A DNA stretch of 59,114 nucleotides, counting the filler, from Asterionella formosa (taxonomy: Eukaryota): assembly GCA_002256025.1 (NCBI GenBank). It is 7 parts of 7 records of this genome, joined end to end, with 100 filler letters (N's around TTAATTAATTAA, not from the genome) between each part and the next. Parts side by side here need not be neighbours in the genome. Positions count along the whole stretch, not along the records: positions 1 to 8,377 come from NKIB01012262.1; positions 8,478 to 16,845 come from NKIB01012270.1; 5 more parts are not named here. One strand, 5' to 3'. This document shows, in pieces, positions 1-11,404 of this stretch; position 1 is the stretch's first letter, and every line of letters begins with the position of its first letter. The translations under genes and the position numbers were made by a program. Under the pieces are notes generated by a model, which did not search any database, was not told where the DNA came from, and saw only the letters and a list, made by a program, of their open reading frames with translations.

Positions 1-732
1 TCTACCATAAGCCGAAATCGACTTCGCATCGCTTGTTGAAGGCAATCGTGTTATGTCGAGAGAACGCGCGTGCCTGGTGTCAATTTTCTAACACAAAATC
101 GTAAATAAATAGTTGAAGTTGAAGACACTTCCATGACGCATCAAGAAAATAAGCGTGACTGGTGTCAATTTTAACAAAAGATCGTCTTCGCATTGCTAAA
201 TGCAGTCCTGTGATGTATCAAGAATACAAACTCCATTTCAAGCGTAAATTTGTACATGATAATTTTATACTCAGTGGTGATGGCAGGGCACATGCATTTT
301 AGTGCAGCCGACCACGCATGGAATATGAAACAACAGTCAAACATAAGGTTCATGGAGTTAACATTACTAACACTACTAACCTTGTTCCTGTTCGGAATCC
401 GGTTCCTGTTCCTCTCCTGTCGTAGAAATTCTACGCAGAGCAAATTATCATACTAACACAGCTAACTCTATTCATGTTATTTCTTCCGTGCATGTTTTAT
501 ACAAGCAAATCCATGGGTTAACCCTATGATGATGTCTGGTTAGGGTACTGTGCCGAGGGCCATACCTGCCGACTTTTATGAATCTGCCCAGGAAATTTTA
601 GTGGTCATGAACCCTCCTGTTGGTCAGTTAGTGGCCGATGTGCCTAATAATAAAAAACCCAGCAGAATGCTGAACATATCGCCATAACAGAAGTATGTGC
701 GACAATAGCAACAATGCTATGATTTTAATAAT

Positions 733-778
<46 letters not shown>

Positions 779-2562
779 GAGTGACAGCACATTGAATATG
801 TCTTACGTCAATCATTACCTGAATAACTTTTGTTATTTACAGGATAATTACAGGTTGGATATCACCGCTATTTTAACACGGGATATTTTAAAATGCAAAG
901 CTTAATTGCATTTCATTCTCATGTCATAAGCAACCCAAGCATTGGTGGCTGCGTTGTATATGCATGACAAAAGATGAATATTATTTGATCGCGGTGGGTC
1001 CTGATCTTTAACTTATGAATGGATTGCACTTCAGGACATTTCGTTGTAAATCGAACATTTATAATTAATATATACCATGCATAGCAGGTATGATCCCACT
1101 TTTTCTTCCTTTGCCAGTACTCAGCATGATGCTCTCAAAATTTAATCCGTCAGCTTGTATCTTGCAACAGAAGTACCTGGTCTTAGTACCTTCTGCGAGT
1201 TCGCTCATTTATCCAGCTGATTATTTTATGACGGATAATTTACAAATACCATGTCCTGTCTGTATGGTGGATATATCAGTGTTTTTCTGCATGTCATGCA
1301 TTCCTATAATGATACGCACAGAACATTTGCACAATGGTTTGTTATATTTTGATACACCTATCAAGGATTATGTTTACACATGGAACATTCAAGCTCCTAA
1401 CTATACAGATACGGAAATATGCTGTTATGGCTGAAGTCCTCCAGCACCATTCTATATGAAATGGTCTGTTAAAGAAACTGACTCATTGGGATATCGATAA
1501 ACTCCAACTGACTTCAAATTTTGGTCTTCAAATCTTAAAACAGGATTGAAATGGAACTAGACCATTTGTATGGTTACCTATGCATACATCAACAAATTTG
1601 TGCATCAATGAAAACATTGTTAGTTGCAGATACACTCATGAGTTATCCTGATCGTAATTTTCCTTTCCATATTTTTTACTAATGTTTCTGATTGTCAATT
1701 AAGAAACTTTCAAAGAATTTCGCTCTATGTCATTGAATGCGGTTCTACATGTTCACACTGAACATCATATTTTTTCTTTATTACCCTACACAGAAACTCA
1801 GCGTGTTCTCCGGTGGAGGATTTATATTGAAGAATATCTTCTCACTTTTCACAATATGAAGGGTACTGATAATGTGAAATATTACAGATTCTATCTCTCG
1901 CCTCCCGAGGCTTGAGTCTTTGGTGGGGGATGATATTGGACCGAAATTTTCGACATCAACATCCATTTCTACTTTCTCAATTGAAGTAGATGATGAACCT
2001 TTGTTTACCTGTTCCCTCAATCATCCAATTTTGGCAGACAATATTCAATATCCTCTGGAATATTACTCCATACATGATAGACAATTGCTGGATATACAAT
2101 TGATTCTCAATCAAACAACTCATCTCATTCTCAATCAACAAACCAAACACATCTGTTAAATTTTCCCTCTATCAATTTTCATCATATACATTTAATGTAT
2201 TTTGTGAAGAATCCAGGAGATACTTGACGTATTGTTATTCTTACATTACTATCGAATCCTATGGTACAGTTACTTTTCAACAAACTATGCATACAACGGA
2301 ACGAATTAATATCCATTACATCAAACCTTTTCAAAGGTAAAAGGTTTTTCCTTGGTGTGGGAGAGTGAGCGATCTTGCGCATCAATACAGATGTATATAG
2401 GGTTAGTGTTATATCATATATGTATAAGAACTCAATAATGAGAGAACTCGACTAACCCTCATTGTATACTTTGATGTCGACTTGGAGAACGAGTTACACA
2501 CAAGGATTAACAAATAAGCTCATATATTCAACAAATACTACTACTTCTAGTTAGATACTTCA
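1..2562 (+). mobile_element. Degenerate non-autonomous Ty3/Gypsy LTR retrotransposon, 3' part (5' end cut by the contig start)
   Basis: Colinear with 26371-29798. Decayed RT (MKWSVKETDSLGY*TPT, ~1456-1510), RT/RNase H connection (ADTLMSYPDRNFPF) and RNase H (TQRVLRWRIYIEEY..KGTDNV) remnants. Polypurine tract GGTGTGGGAGAG directly precedes the LTR. Confidence 0.9.
2366..2562 (+). repeat. 3' LTR (197 bp, TGA...TCA)
   Basis: Near-identical to 25446-25642, 29615-29798 and the reverse complement of 8478-8665; TG...CA ends; preceded by the PPT. Confidence 0.95.
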
Positions 2563-2563
2563 G

Positions 2564-5439
2564 GGTCTACTTTTAAGGCCAACAGATCATGACATTGATG
2601 ATAATGTTTTAAAATGTTACAAGAAACTAGCAGCACCCCTGATCTCAGGGGAAACAACCCCGACAAGGGTGGATGATATTGAATCCCAGTTGAAAGCTTG
2701 TCCTGAAGCTGCAAAGGTGCAAGACCGCAATGGAAACACTCTGTTGCACTTTGGAATAGAAGGAGGGGCCAATGTGGTGGTTATCAAGGCCCTTTTGGAT
2801 GCCTGTCCTGATGTCATGATGATGAATGACGACAAGGGTAACACTCCACTGCACCTTGGCATGAAAGTCCGGGCTCCGGTGGAAATTATAAATGTTCTTT
2901 TGGAAGCTTGCCCTCAAGCTGTAACAATAAAAGCCAAAGATGGTGAGACTCCTCTTGACCGCGGTCTAGGAGGGAAAAAGCGAGTATCACTTGAATCCAT
3001 CCAAGCTATTGTGGAAAAATATCCCGAGGCCATTAACTCCATGAAAATGCCCTTTATTCCACTTCATTTGGCAATTTTTCGAGGTGAAAAAGCTCCAGAG
3101 ATCAAGCAGATCATAATAAAATACCCAGATTCAGTTGCAAACTATGGCACTCCAAACCTGCAGTCACCTCTTCTTCTCGCGTTGCAACAAGGAGATTATC
3201 CTGATTTTGAGGTCGTCCGTATTTTGATTGAGAAAGACCCAGATGCGACTAACACTCTTGATAATGAAACGAGTTATAATCCATCCACATTTTGTGTATC
3301 TGGTCTCCTTCAATCGATAAAGAAATATGCAACGAAATATGCAACCCTTGATGTTGGAGAACACAAGCTAGATTTCCTGAGACACGAAGCGGAAATGTTA
3401 ATGATGAACTTGTTGAAGGAGAAACCGTGGAGTAATATTGAAATTTGGTATAAGGTTTTGCGGCTGAAATTTGGTATAAGGTTTTGCGGCTTTTGTGTGC
3501 ATCCCTCACTGACATTGGCGACCTCAAGCAATTGTGTATGCTAGACACACCCCAAGCTGAGAAAATTTCATATAGGCTGCGTTTTTTCATTGTTCCAGAG
3601 CCGCTGGGCTTTTTCTTTTGGGTGCTCGCCACCAAAGAATTCAATCAATTCGAAAGGACTCTCCCACGCCTCGATTTGAATCATGAACCAATAACTAATT
3701 GGACCGTTTTGGATAACTTGGTGGATCTTGGAACAAAAGATGCGGCCAATATATTCTTTCAGATAGAGGAACAGCTGAGAAGGTCTGAAGAACAGGATCG
3801 GCTGGAAATCTCCATTAATAATCATAGCAAAACAATAGTAGCGTCATTTCAGTCCATTGCTCAAGTTAAAAAAGAAACATGGCAAAAGGTTGCCAATAGG
3901 GCTAAGTTGTCCACGCTTCCCAAGCTCAAAGAGTGGGGTGATAAATACGGAAGGTTTCTTGGAAAATATCAATTTGAGGAGGAGAAGCATTTGTCAGATA
4001 CCTGTATGGTTATGTTTGGCACTGAATTGGTCGTTGTATCTGGGGCCACGCAATTGACCAATGTAGCATTCAAGCTCTTTACAGAAAGGCCTGCATTCCT
4101 GCGTGAATTGGCAAAGCGGAACAAAATCATGAGCATTGATGGTGCAAAAAAATTTGTAATCAGTGTGAGGGCTGCATATACTGACAGCATGGAAGGGTTG
4201 GATGAATATGGTCATCTGGGTATTGAGATTCAACTTAACCAGACAGTCAAATGGCGAAAAGGAGACATTGAATTCAATCATCTCCTAGTCATGGAGTGCG
4301 GGAACAAGAATGACCTCAGTGGTGTTATATCGCATAAAAACATTGCAGGCAAGGATGCACTAATGGTTCGTTTCATAGCAATCCAAATTGCCAAGTGCCT
4401 TCATTTTCTAAATGAAGAGTGTAATGTTATGCACGGAGATGTGAAGGCTCGAAATTTCGTGTCTCGTGGTGAGGGTGTTGGATATGCTGCGATCGATCTT
4501 GATAACGCAGCATCAATAGACGAAAATGGCGAGGAGGCTGGTCAGAAGCGAACAAGCTCTGGATACTTGCCTCCCGAACAGGCTGCTGTTGAGTACCATT
4601 TGCGAGAGAAGGAACATTGTGTTTCAGAGGATTTCGCCAGTAAGGGTCCTGCAAAAATTAAAGCCAGTCACAAATATGACATGTGGTGCTTTGGAGCCCT
4701 TCTATATAATCTCTGCACCGGTCGTCAACTTTTTGATATGAATGAGCGTGAAGAAGTATTGCTGGATGAGCTAAGCAAAATAGTAAATTGGAGTGATGAA
4801 GAATGTGTTAAAAAGGTCGATAACAATGTGTGGGATGACAATGACTGGAATCCCATGAAACCTCTGCTAAAAAAATTGCTGAAGAGAAATCCAGAAGAGC
4901 GCCATCGTCGTTGGGCGGATATTATTGAGAAACTTAAAGATGGTGACATTTTTAATCACGTAAGAGAAGTCAAGGATGTTGTGGTTGTAACCAAGGATGT
5001 TGTGGTTGAAAATAATAGTTTGCTGCATGCTCAGTCTGTGATACTCCAAGAGATAAAGTTGAGCATCATCCAAATCCCTAATTTGATGGTCACACTTCAA
5101 CAAGTGAAATTCCCATACATGTTTAGGATTCTCACTCGTGAAGAGTTTGCAAGTTTCCAGAAAACAAAGGAAGAGAGACCTTCAATGATTGAACAAGCTA
5201 GCAATGAAGCACAGAAAATGACAGAATTTTCTGGTGAATGTTGCCATGACTTTCTTGACTCTTTGAAGAAAAAGGAGACAGCCACTGCTATCAAAAAAGC
5301 CATCAAAAGTGGCTGGCATCTTTGGAGTGTGAATGAGACTGAAATTGTATATCTTCAGTTGTTGTGTGTGTTGACTCTCAATCCCCTTGTCTCATATAAA
5401 GTTGAAACAAACAAAAAAATCGAGTGGCATTTGACTTAA
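2564..5439 (+). pseudogene. Ankyrin-repeat Ser/Thr-type protein kinase, disrupted (5' end cut by the LTR element, frameshift at 3440-3491)
   Basis: Ankyrin repeats (GNTLLHFG, GNTPLHLG, GETPLDRG, QSPLLLAL) in ORF 2669-3544. Kinase motifs VAFK, HGDVKARN, DLD (DFG position), SSGYLPPE and DMWCFG in ORF 3484-5439. The two frames fuse if one copy of a 26-bp tandem duplication is removed. Confidence 0.85.
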
Positions 5440-6704
5440 AGGCAAAACATGGGAAGATGCACTGAAACAACATGTTCTTCATGATTCCAAGAATAATGAA
5501 AATCATGTAACATATATCTCTGAAGAATTGAAGAAAAAGCTTTGTGGAACAACACACACACAGAAACTAGTTTTAACTAATAATTGAAAGGGTTAGGGTT
5601 AGGGTACCAGTACCAGTATAGAGTTTAGCTGATTTTAGGATCATGTACCAGTATACATAAGTTTCTTCATCTTCTTGTCTGAAAACATAAAGTCATGTAG
5701 TGTAAACAACGGAAGTAAGTCACATTTAAAATATGATAGTAAAAGAATTATTGTAATAATACAACTATAAACAGCGAAAATTAGAGATGCAAATGGCACA
5801 TTTTTTCATGAAGTTTATGGATGCACAATTCAAAACAACCATTTTCTGAACAGATTTGACACTGTGACAGTAGCTGCGAAATCAATACAACGACGACTAT
5901 AGCAATAACATGATAGACTGTAGGAAAAAAAGTTATAACAAGCATTTTAAACTAAGAATTGGTTGTTTGTATTGACGCCGCAAAAGGATGCGTTGCATGC
6001 CTTTTGGTTTCTTGACAATGCACCCCTACTGGTATGTATGAGTGAAGGAACTTTTTGCTCATCATGCATGATGCACAAAAATCACAGCATGATTTGATTG
6101 GCTTGCGGAAATTACTGCAAGACACAACTCTCTTTATAACCTTCACAAGATAATATGTGTGTAGAAACAGGTATCGTCACTCTAGAAAAAAGTATGTTAC
6201 TTCTGCTAATTGTCTGGCGCACAAGGAAGTGCACCAAAATTTGATACAACAATTCATCATAGAAGCAAACCGATTCAACCAAGAACAATATCACTTTTTA
6301 TTAGCATTAGTATGTTTGCAACTATGGAGAAGAGCATGGGTATGACGTTTTGATCAACAGAAGTTGGCAATGCCAAAATCGCCATCATCCAGTCTCCCCA
6401 TCTAAGTAAATCTGGTCGTGGCTATGTCCATTTGAGGAGACCGAAGCACGGGATTTACGGTACCGGTATGTGACTGAAATATTGATCCATATCAAATGCA
6501 CTTAAGCCTTTTCATCTCTATCCATTTATTACTTAGATAGTGAGGTCTTGTAGTAAGTATGTAATGTATAATATGTTTACATATATGCCTACATGTATTA
6601 TATTAGGCTGTATTAAAACATACCTTCGTTGCCCAAGTTGTTGTACCGGTAACCTGGTTGGAGAATGGAAAGATTTGAATTCCACAGCAGGGCCACTTTG
6701 ACTA

Positions 6705-7919
6705 AGGGTCGTTCTTATCATTTTCGATTTGGTATCATTTTTTTTGAAAAAGTATCATGTAACGGCTACTCGATTTAAACCGAAAAAATCCATTCTCCAC
6801 AAAAATAAAAATAAAATTGTATCACCAAAAAGTATCACGAAAATTCAACAGTTACGGGCTGGCTACAAACATGTGCTTTTCCTTCCTGACTACCAGTACA
6901 TAATGGTACCAAGCCAGTCCTCAAACCATGCAAGAAATCTACGCGAATTATGTATATGGACTACTATAGTCAATGGTATTTGCACAGGTATTTGTTGTAG
7001 TCACGTGATCATTTTCGTATTCTATTGCCTAGTACCTTGTCATGAATTCCCGGACCAGGTACCAGGGTACCAGGTACCTGTAATTAGATAGCGGGTATGT
7101 CTCTATGCACATGACTCAATCTGTTCAATTTTCGACTCTGTGGTAGTCGTTCTTTGGTGTTGTGGCTGAACATTACCACACACGGCCGCTATAATGATTG
7201 TATTGTGCTCCTTTGATGCACACCGTAATAATTTTTGTGTATATTATCAAGATGTCAATAAAAGTACTGCTTGCACAGGTATTTGTTGTAGTCACGTGAT
7301 CATTTTCGTATTCTATTGCCTAGTACGTCCTGGACGAGAGATAGTAGAATGTACCGGTAGTGACAGCCAAAGCCAAAGTATTTGCACAGCTAGTATATGT
7401 CGTAGTCACGTGATCATTTTCGTATTCTATTGCCCATTAGCTACCTTGTCATGAATTCCCGGACCAGGTACCAGGGTACCAGGTACCTGTAATTAGAAAG
7501 CGGGTATGTCTCTATGCACATGACTCAATCTGTTCAATTCTCGACTCTGTGGTTGTTGTTCTTTGGTGTTGTGGCTGAACATTACCACACCCAGCCGCTA
7601 TAATGATTGTATTGTGCTCCTTTGATGCACACCGTAATAATTTTTGTGTATATTATCAAGATGTCAATAAAAGTACTGCCCTGCAGGCGTATTTTCGGTT
7701 ATTTTATTAGTGACAACGGAAATGATACCCGCGTGAAAATGTCAGTATCACTGATACCGTTTTTGGAGGGGGCAAAAAAAGGTATCAATTTTGTATCAAT
7801 GATACAAAATTGATACCATCAAGTTACCGTTGCTGATACCGTGTTTTGATACCAACCGTCATTTTTTGCCCGCAACCCGGAAATGATACAGCAAATTCGG
7901 AAAAGATAAGAATGACCCT
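6705..7919. mobile_element. Non-autonomous TIR DNA transposon (~1.2 kb, PIF/Harbinger-like)
   Basis: Terminal inverted repeats AGGGTCGTTCTTATC / GATAAGAATGACCCT, TA on both flanks. Many subterminal GTATCA/TGATAC motifs at both ends; no real ORF. Confidence 0.8.
6980..7679. repeat. Internal ~290-300 bp direct repeats inside the TIR element
   Basis: 6980-7270 recurs at 7381-7679, with a partial third copy at 7271-7326. Confidence 0.9.
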
Positions 7920-8101
7920 TAGTCCAATGTATGTATGATACCAGTATTTAACATAGATTAATGACCCCGAGGGTCATTTTAGCTTACCCGATATTCAGCT
8001 AAGCAAAATTCCGGAAATGGATTGAGAATTTTTCCATTTCGACTTCTACTGACAAAATGTTGGTACAAAAGCCTCACAGACAAAGTGGAAAGTGAAAAGA
8101 C

Positions 8102-8377
8102 TCACGAACAATCAAGTGCTTCTTCCTCCATCGACTCAAGTGTGCCTGTGAAAGTAGTGAGGGACAAATCTAGATAAAGACTTGTCAAGAGTCCAATCTC
8201 TGTGGGAAGTGTGCCATTGAAAGTGCTATAGGACAATTCTAGACCAGCGAGACTTATCAAGAGTGCAATCTCTGTGGGAAGTGTGCCATTGAAAGTAGTG
8301 GAGAACAAATATAGAACAGTAAGATTTGTCAAGAGTCCAATCTCTGTTGGAAGTGTGCCTGTGAAAGTAGGGAGGGA
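8102..8377 (-). CDS. Leucine-rich repeat protein, 3' fragment (rest lost at the contig end)
   Basis: Tandem ~24-aa repeats F(N/T)GTLPTEIGLLTSL..L.LS of the plant-type LRR class that is expanded in diatoms. Confidence 0.8.
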   Translation of the reverse strand, partial: SLPTFTGTLPTEIGLLTNLTVLYLFSTTFNGTLPTEIALLISLAGLELSYSTFNGTLPTEIGLLTSLYLDLSLTTFTGTLESMEEEALDCS

Positions 8378-8477
8378 NNNNNNNNNNNNNNNNNNNNNNN
8401 NNNNNNNNNNNNNNNNNNNNNTTAATTAATTAANNNNNNNNNNNNNNNNNNNNNNNNNNNNNNNNNNNNNNNNNNNN
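8378..8477. other. Artificial contig linker
   Basis: 44 N + TTAATTAATTAA (stops in all six frames) + 44 N. Confidence 0.99.
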
Positions 8478-8665
8478 TAACTAGAAGTAGTAGTATTTGT
8501 TGAATATATGAGCTTATTTGTTAATCCTTGTGTGTAACTCGTTCTCCAAGTCGACACCAAAGTATACAATGAGGGTTAGTCGAGTTCTCTCATTATTGAG
8601 TTCTTATACATATATGATATAACACTAACCCTATATACATCTGTATTGATGCGCAAGATCGCTCA
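8478..8665 (-). repeat. LTR of the same Gypsy family (5' or solo LTR, 3' end cut by the contig edge)
   Basis: Reverse complement of 2366-2553 with one visible substitution. It is preceded by CCAGG, not by the PPT. Confidence 0.95.
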
Positions 8666-9424
8666 CCTGGTACCTGGTACTGGCAAATAAATACGTGGTC
8701 AGGTATGTAACACCATGCCAATCATCGTCAATCATGCCGTCTGAAGGAAAATGAGTTCATTGATGATGTCAGTGGCACTTCGTTGCCAAACCAATGCAGT
8801 TGGTTGTTGGATTCTGGTCTTCTCATGGGATTCATGTACTTGCATTGTCCATATTTCTTCGGACGAACAATGATATTGGTATATCTGATGTTGGCAGCAA
8901 CAAGTTTTTGCTCCAGTCATTTATGGGCTTAATGGATATTCTAGTCATATAGCCTACATGTGTACATGGCACTAAAACAACCATGCATGGTTTAAGCTAA
9001 ACTTTAATGCTTGCTTTGAACATGTTATAATATTATTGCTGTAGACTCGGTATTATCTTTACAAGACCAGAATGTTAAGTTATATCATTCACATATTGAT
9101 TGATTTTAAGTATGCCCGATTTCGTCCTCACCATTACAATTCTCACTCTATCCTGCCTGCCGTTGCTGAATTTGGGCTTGCAACAGGGACCTTGACTTTC
9201 GATAGATCCCATCATCTGCTGCCTGATATACTAGTTAGAACAGATCGGTGAGTACAACAGTGAAACACTGGATGACTATTTGTCTAAATTCCGATTTGAT
9301 TGCTTCTACAGTCCATTTTGATCGCTTCAGTCATTGTCTATCATTCTGCACAGACATTTTGGTTCAATTGTATCTATCTAGCTACACAAAGTCCGATGTA
9401 TGTATCAATGCCTACTTTTTGAAG

Positions 9425-10016
9425 AATTATTGCTGTTGATCTTGCTTGTTGATTTGTATATTCATTGACCATGATGTCAATATTGCCGCCAAGCAATGCT
9501 TTTCTCTTGAACTAATGCGCCTTGCTACCTTTCAACTAAGAGTTCTAAGTATCAATATTCAGCTAGAGATAGTAGTCGATAGTGCTGGATCAGCCTGGCG
9601 ATCATGCTTGCTCAGGATGGAATGGAATGGAATGAACAATCAGGGTTGTTTGGCTGGTTGGAGGAACAACTGTGGGCAGAAGCACTCCTGCTATTTGTGT
9701 CAGACTACTAAAACTCCTATTTTTTACTATTTTTCTAACCCAAAACAATATTTTCTATTTCTCATTAGATGCTACTTATTACATCGCATTTCATACTTTG
9801 GTTGCTCCAAACATCAAGTTCAATTTTCGTTGATATTGCATGTTACAATCATTCTTGTGTGTTTTATGCTTGTTGTATCACCTCTATGCATATTACCGTT
9901 ATTCTGGCTGTCTTGCTAAAATCGGCAATTTTAATGCCAAAAAATTCTATGCGCCCCATATTGCCACTGAATAAAAATTACTTAAGAAGTTACTTAAAAG
10001 CCTAAAAATTACTTAA
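9425..10016. repeat. Unclassified dispersed repeat X (boundaries approximate)
   Basis: Diverged reverse-complement match to 51740-52420 plus 54695-54810, e.g. GCCTAAAAATTACTTA, GATGTCAATATTGCCGCCAA, GTCGATAGTGCTGGA. Confidence 0.75.
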
Positions 10017-10396
10017 AAAGTACCCGAATGGCAAGACGATAGCTGGAGCGGGAATCGCCTCAACAATACCCCTCTGATTGGCTAGTACAGGCCTTCTCAT
10101 ACACATGTGCAATCGCAGGGGTGTCTTGCTTTCGGCAAACCGCCAAGCAAAGAGTTGCTTCTTGATTTGAGGGAGGGTGGTGTTAAACATAAAAAATTAC
10201 ATGCCGGTATATCACATGATACAATATTCAACATATGTACAGCTAATACCAATGTGCATTATGTATCGGTAATCATCCGAATACCGAGGTCAACCACAAA
10301 AAACGAACAGATCGAGATCAAAAATAGGAAGTTGAACCCCCCGTAAGTATTCGCGAAGTCGCAAAGGAACGTCCATGACAGCACGCAGCCCATAAC

Positions 10397-11404
10397 ATGG
10401 GAACCAAACTTAGCACCGCTAAATCGCATCAAAGAATCTTGCTTCAGTCTTGCATAGATGGTAATGTCGATGTAGTAAAAGAGACTGTCGGCTCGTTTTT
10501 GGCATCCTATTCGCACTCAAATGTTGGATTCGTGGACGTTGATCCCAAGCTACGAGAATATGTCAACCAAGCAGATGAACAAGGAAATAATGCAATGCAC
10601 GGTGCTGTATTCGCTGGAAATATTGAAATTGTCAAGTATCTGTATGAGGATTGCGGGGCATCGCTCGTTTTGGCCAACAATCTTGGATGCTTTCCTCTTT
10701 GGCTGGCTGCTGGATACAATCGGATACAAGTCCTCCACTATCTATTTTCCATGCTCTCCGATCCTCAGCAAGAATTGCTACGAACTAACAAAACGGGAGA
10801 CACTTGTTTGGTGGCTGCCGCCTCTCGAGGAAATATAGAAATCTGTCAAATCGTGATGGACAACGCAAAGGCGATGGGCGTGTTGAACGAGCTCATGGAG
10901 ACCACGAATGCAGGAGGGGACAGTGCACTCTCCATTGCTGTTGCTGGGGGTCACTCGACGCTTTTGGATCTTATACTGCCATACACATCCAAAACTATGA
11001 TTAATCATCCCAATCACAAAGGTGTCACGCCCTTGTTGGTGGCTTGCGAACGAGATGACGTTGGCCTATGTGAGAAACTCTTGCACAATGGCGCTTCCTT
11101 GGACGTGACAGATACGAGCACTGGAGCATCACCGTTGGCAGTGGCGGCATTTTGTGGAAGCGATAACGTTATTGAAAAATTGCTACTCCAGCAGCAGCCC
11201 CCGTTGAGGTTGGAACAAAGCAACACCAATGGATGCACGCCATTGTGGTTGGCTGCTCGATCGGGACGAGACAAGATTGTGAAACTACTGTTGGAGGCTG
11301 GTGCAGATCCATGCGTGGCGAATAAGGATGGTTTGACACCAGTTGATGTGGCCATCAAATTCAAGCGAGAGAGCGTGATGCAACTTTTCAAGAACATGAA
11401 ATAG
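10397..11404 (+). CDS. Ankyrin repeat protein (335 aa)
   Basis: Intact ORF with ~8 ankyrin repeats (GNNAMHGAV, GCFPLWLAA, GVTPLLVAC, GCTPLWLAA, GLTPVDVAI). Confidence 0.93.
   Translation: MGTKLSTAKSHQRILLQSCIDGNVDVVKETVGSFLASYSHSNVGFVDVDPKLREYVNQADEQGNNAMHGAVFAGNIEIVKYLYEDCGASLVLANNLGCFPLWLAAGYNRIQVLHYLFSMLSDPQQELLRTNKTGDTCLVAAASRGNIEICQIVMDNAKAMGVLNELMETTNAGGDSALSIAVAGGHSTLLDLILPYTSKTMINHPNHKGVTPLLVACERDDVGLCEKLLHNGASLDVTDTSTGASPLAVAAFCGSDNVIEKLLLQQQPPLRLEQSNTNGCTPLWLAARSGRDKIVKLLLEAGADPCVANKDGLTPVDVAIKFKRESVMQLFKNMK

Noticed and set aside
729..775. (AT)n tract as a special element
   Set aside because: Ordinary microsatellite within the LTR element; shorter in the other copy (~27090-27116).
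5950..6430. Cys/His-rich coding-like stretch
   Set aside because: Broken by stops with no motif I can identify; the same applies to ~33890-34680 and ~56360-56770.
6980..7679. CRISPR-like repeat-spacer array
   Set aside because: Long (~300 bp) imperfect duplications inside a TIR element of a eukaryote; no short constant repeats with unique spacers and no cas genes.
8422..8433. TTAATTAATTAA recurring every ~8.4 kb as a biological periodic repeat
   Set aside because: Always centred in exactly 88 Ns; it is a six-frame-stop assembly spacer.
8478..8665. This LTR and the LTR at 2366-2562 as two ends of one insertion
   Set aside because: They are nearly identical, but the flanks (CCAGG versus GGGTC) do not form a target-site duplication.
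9446..10005. Hydrophobic ORFs (9446-9919, 9769-10005; also 51575-51976) as membrane proteins
   Set aside because: They fall in AT-rich dispersed repeat X and the frames are only partly shared between copies.
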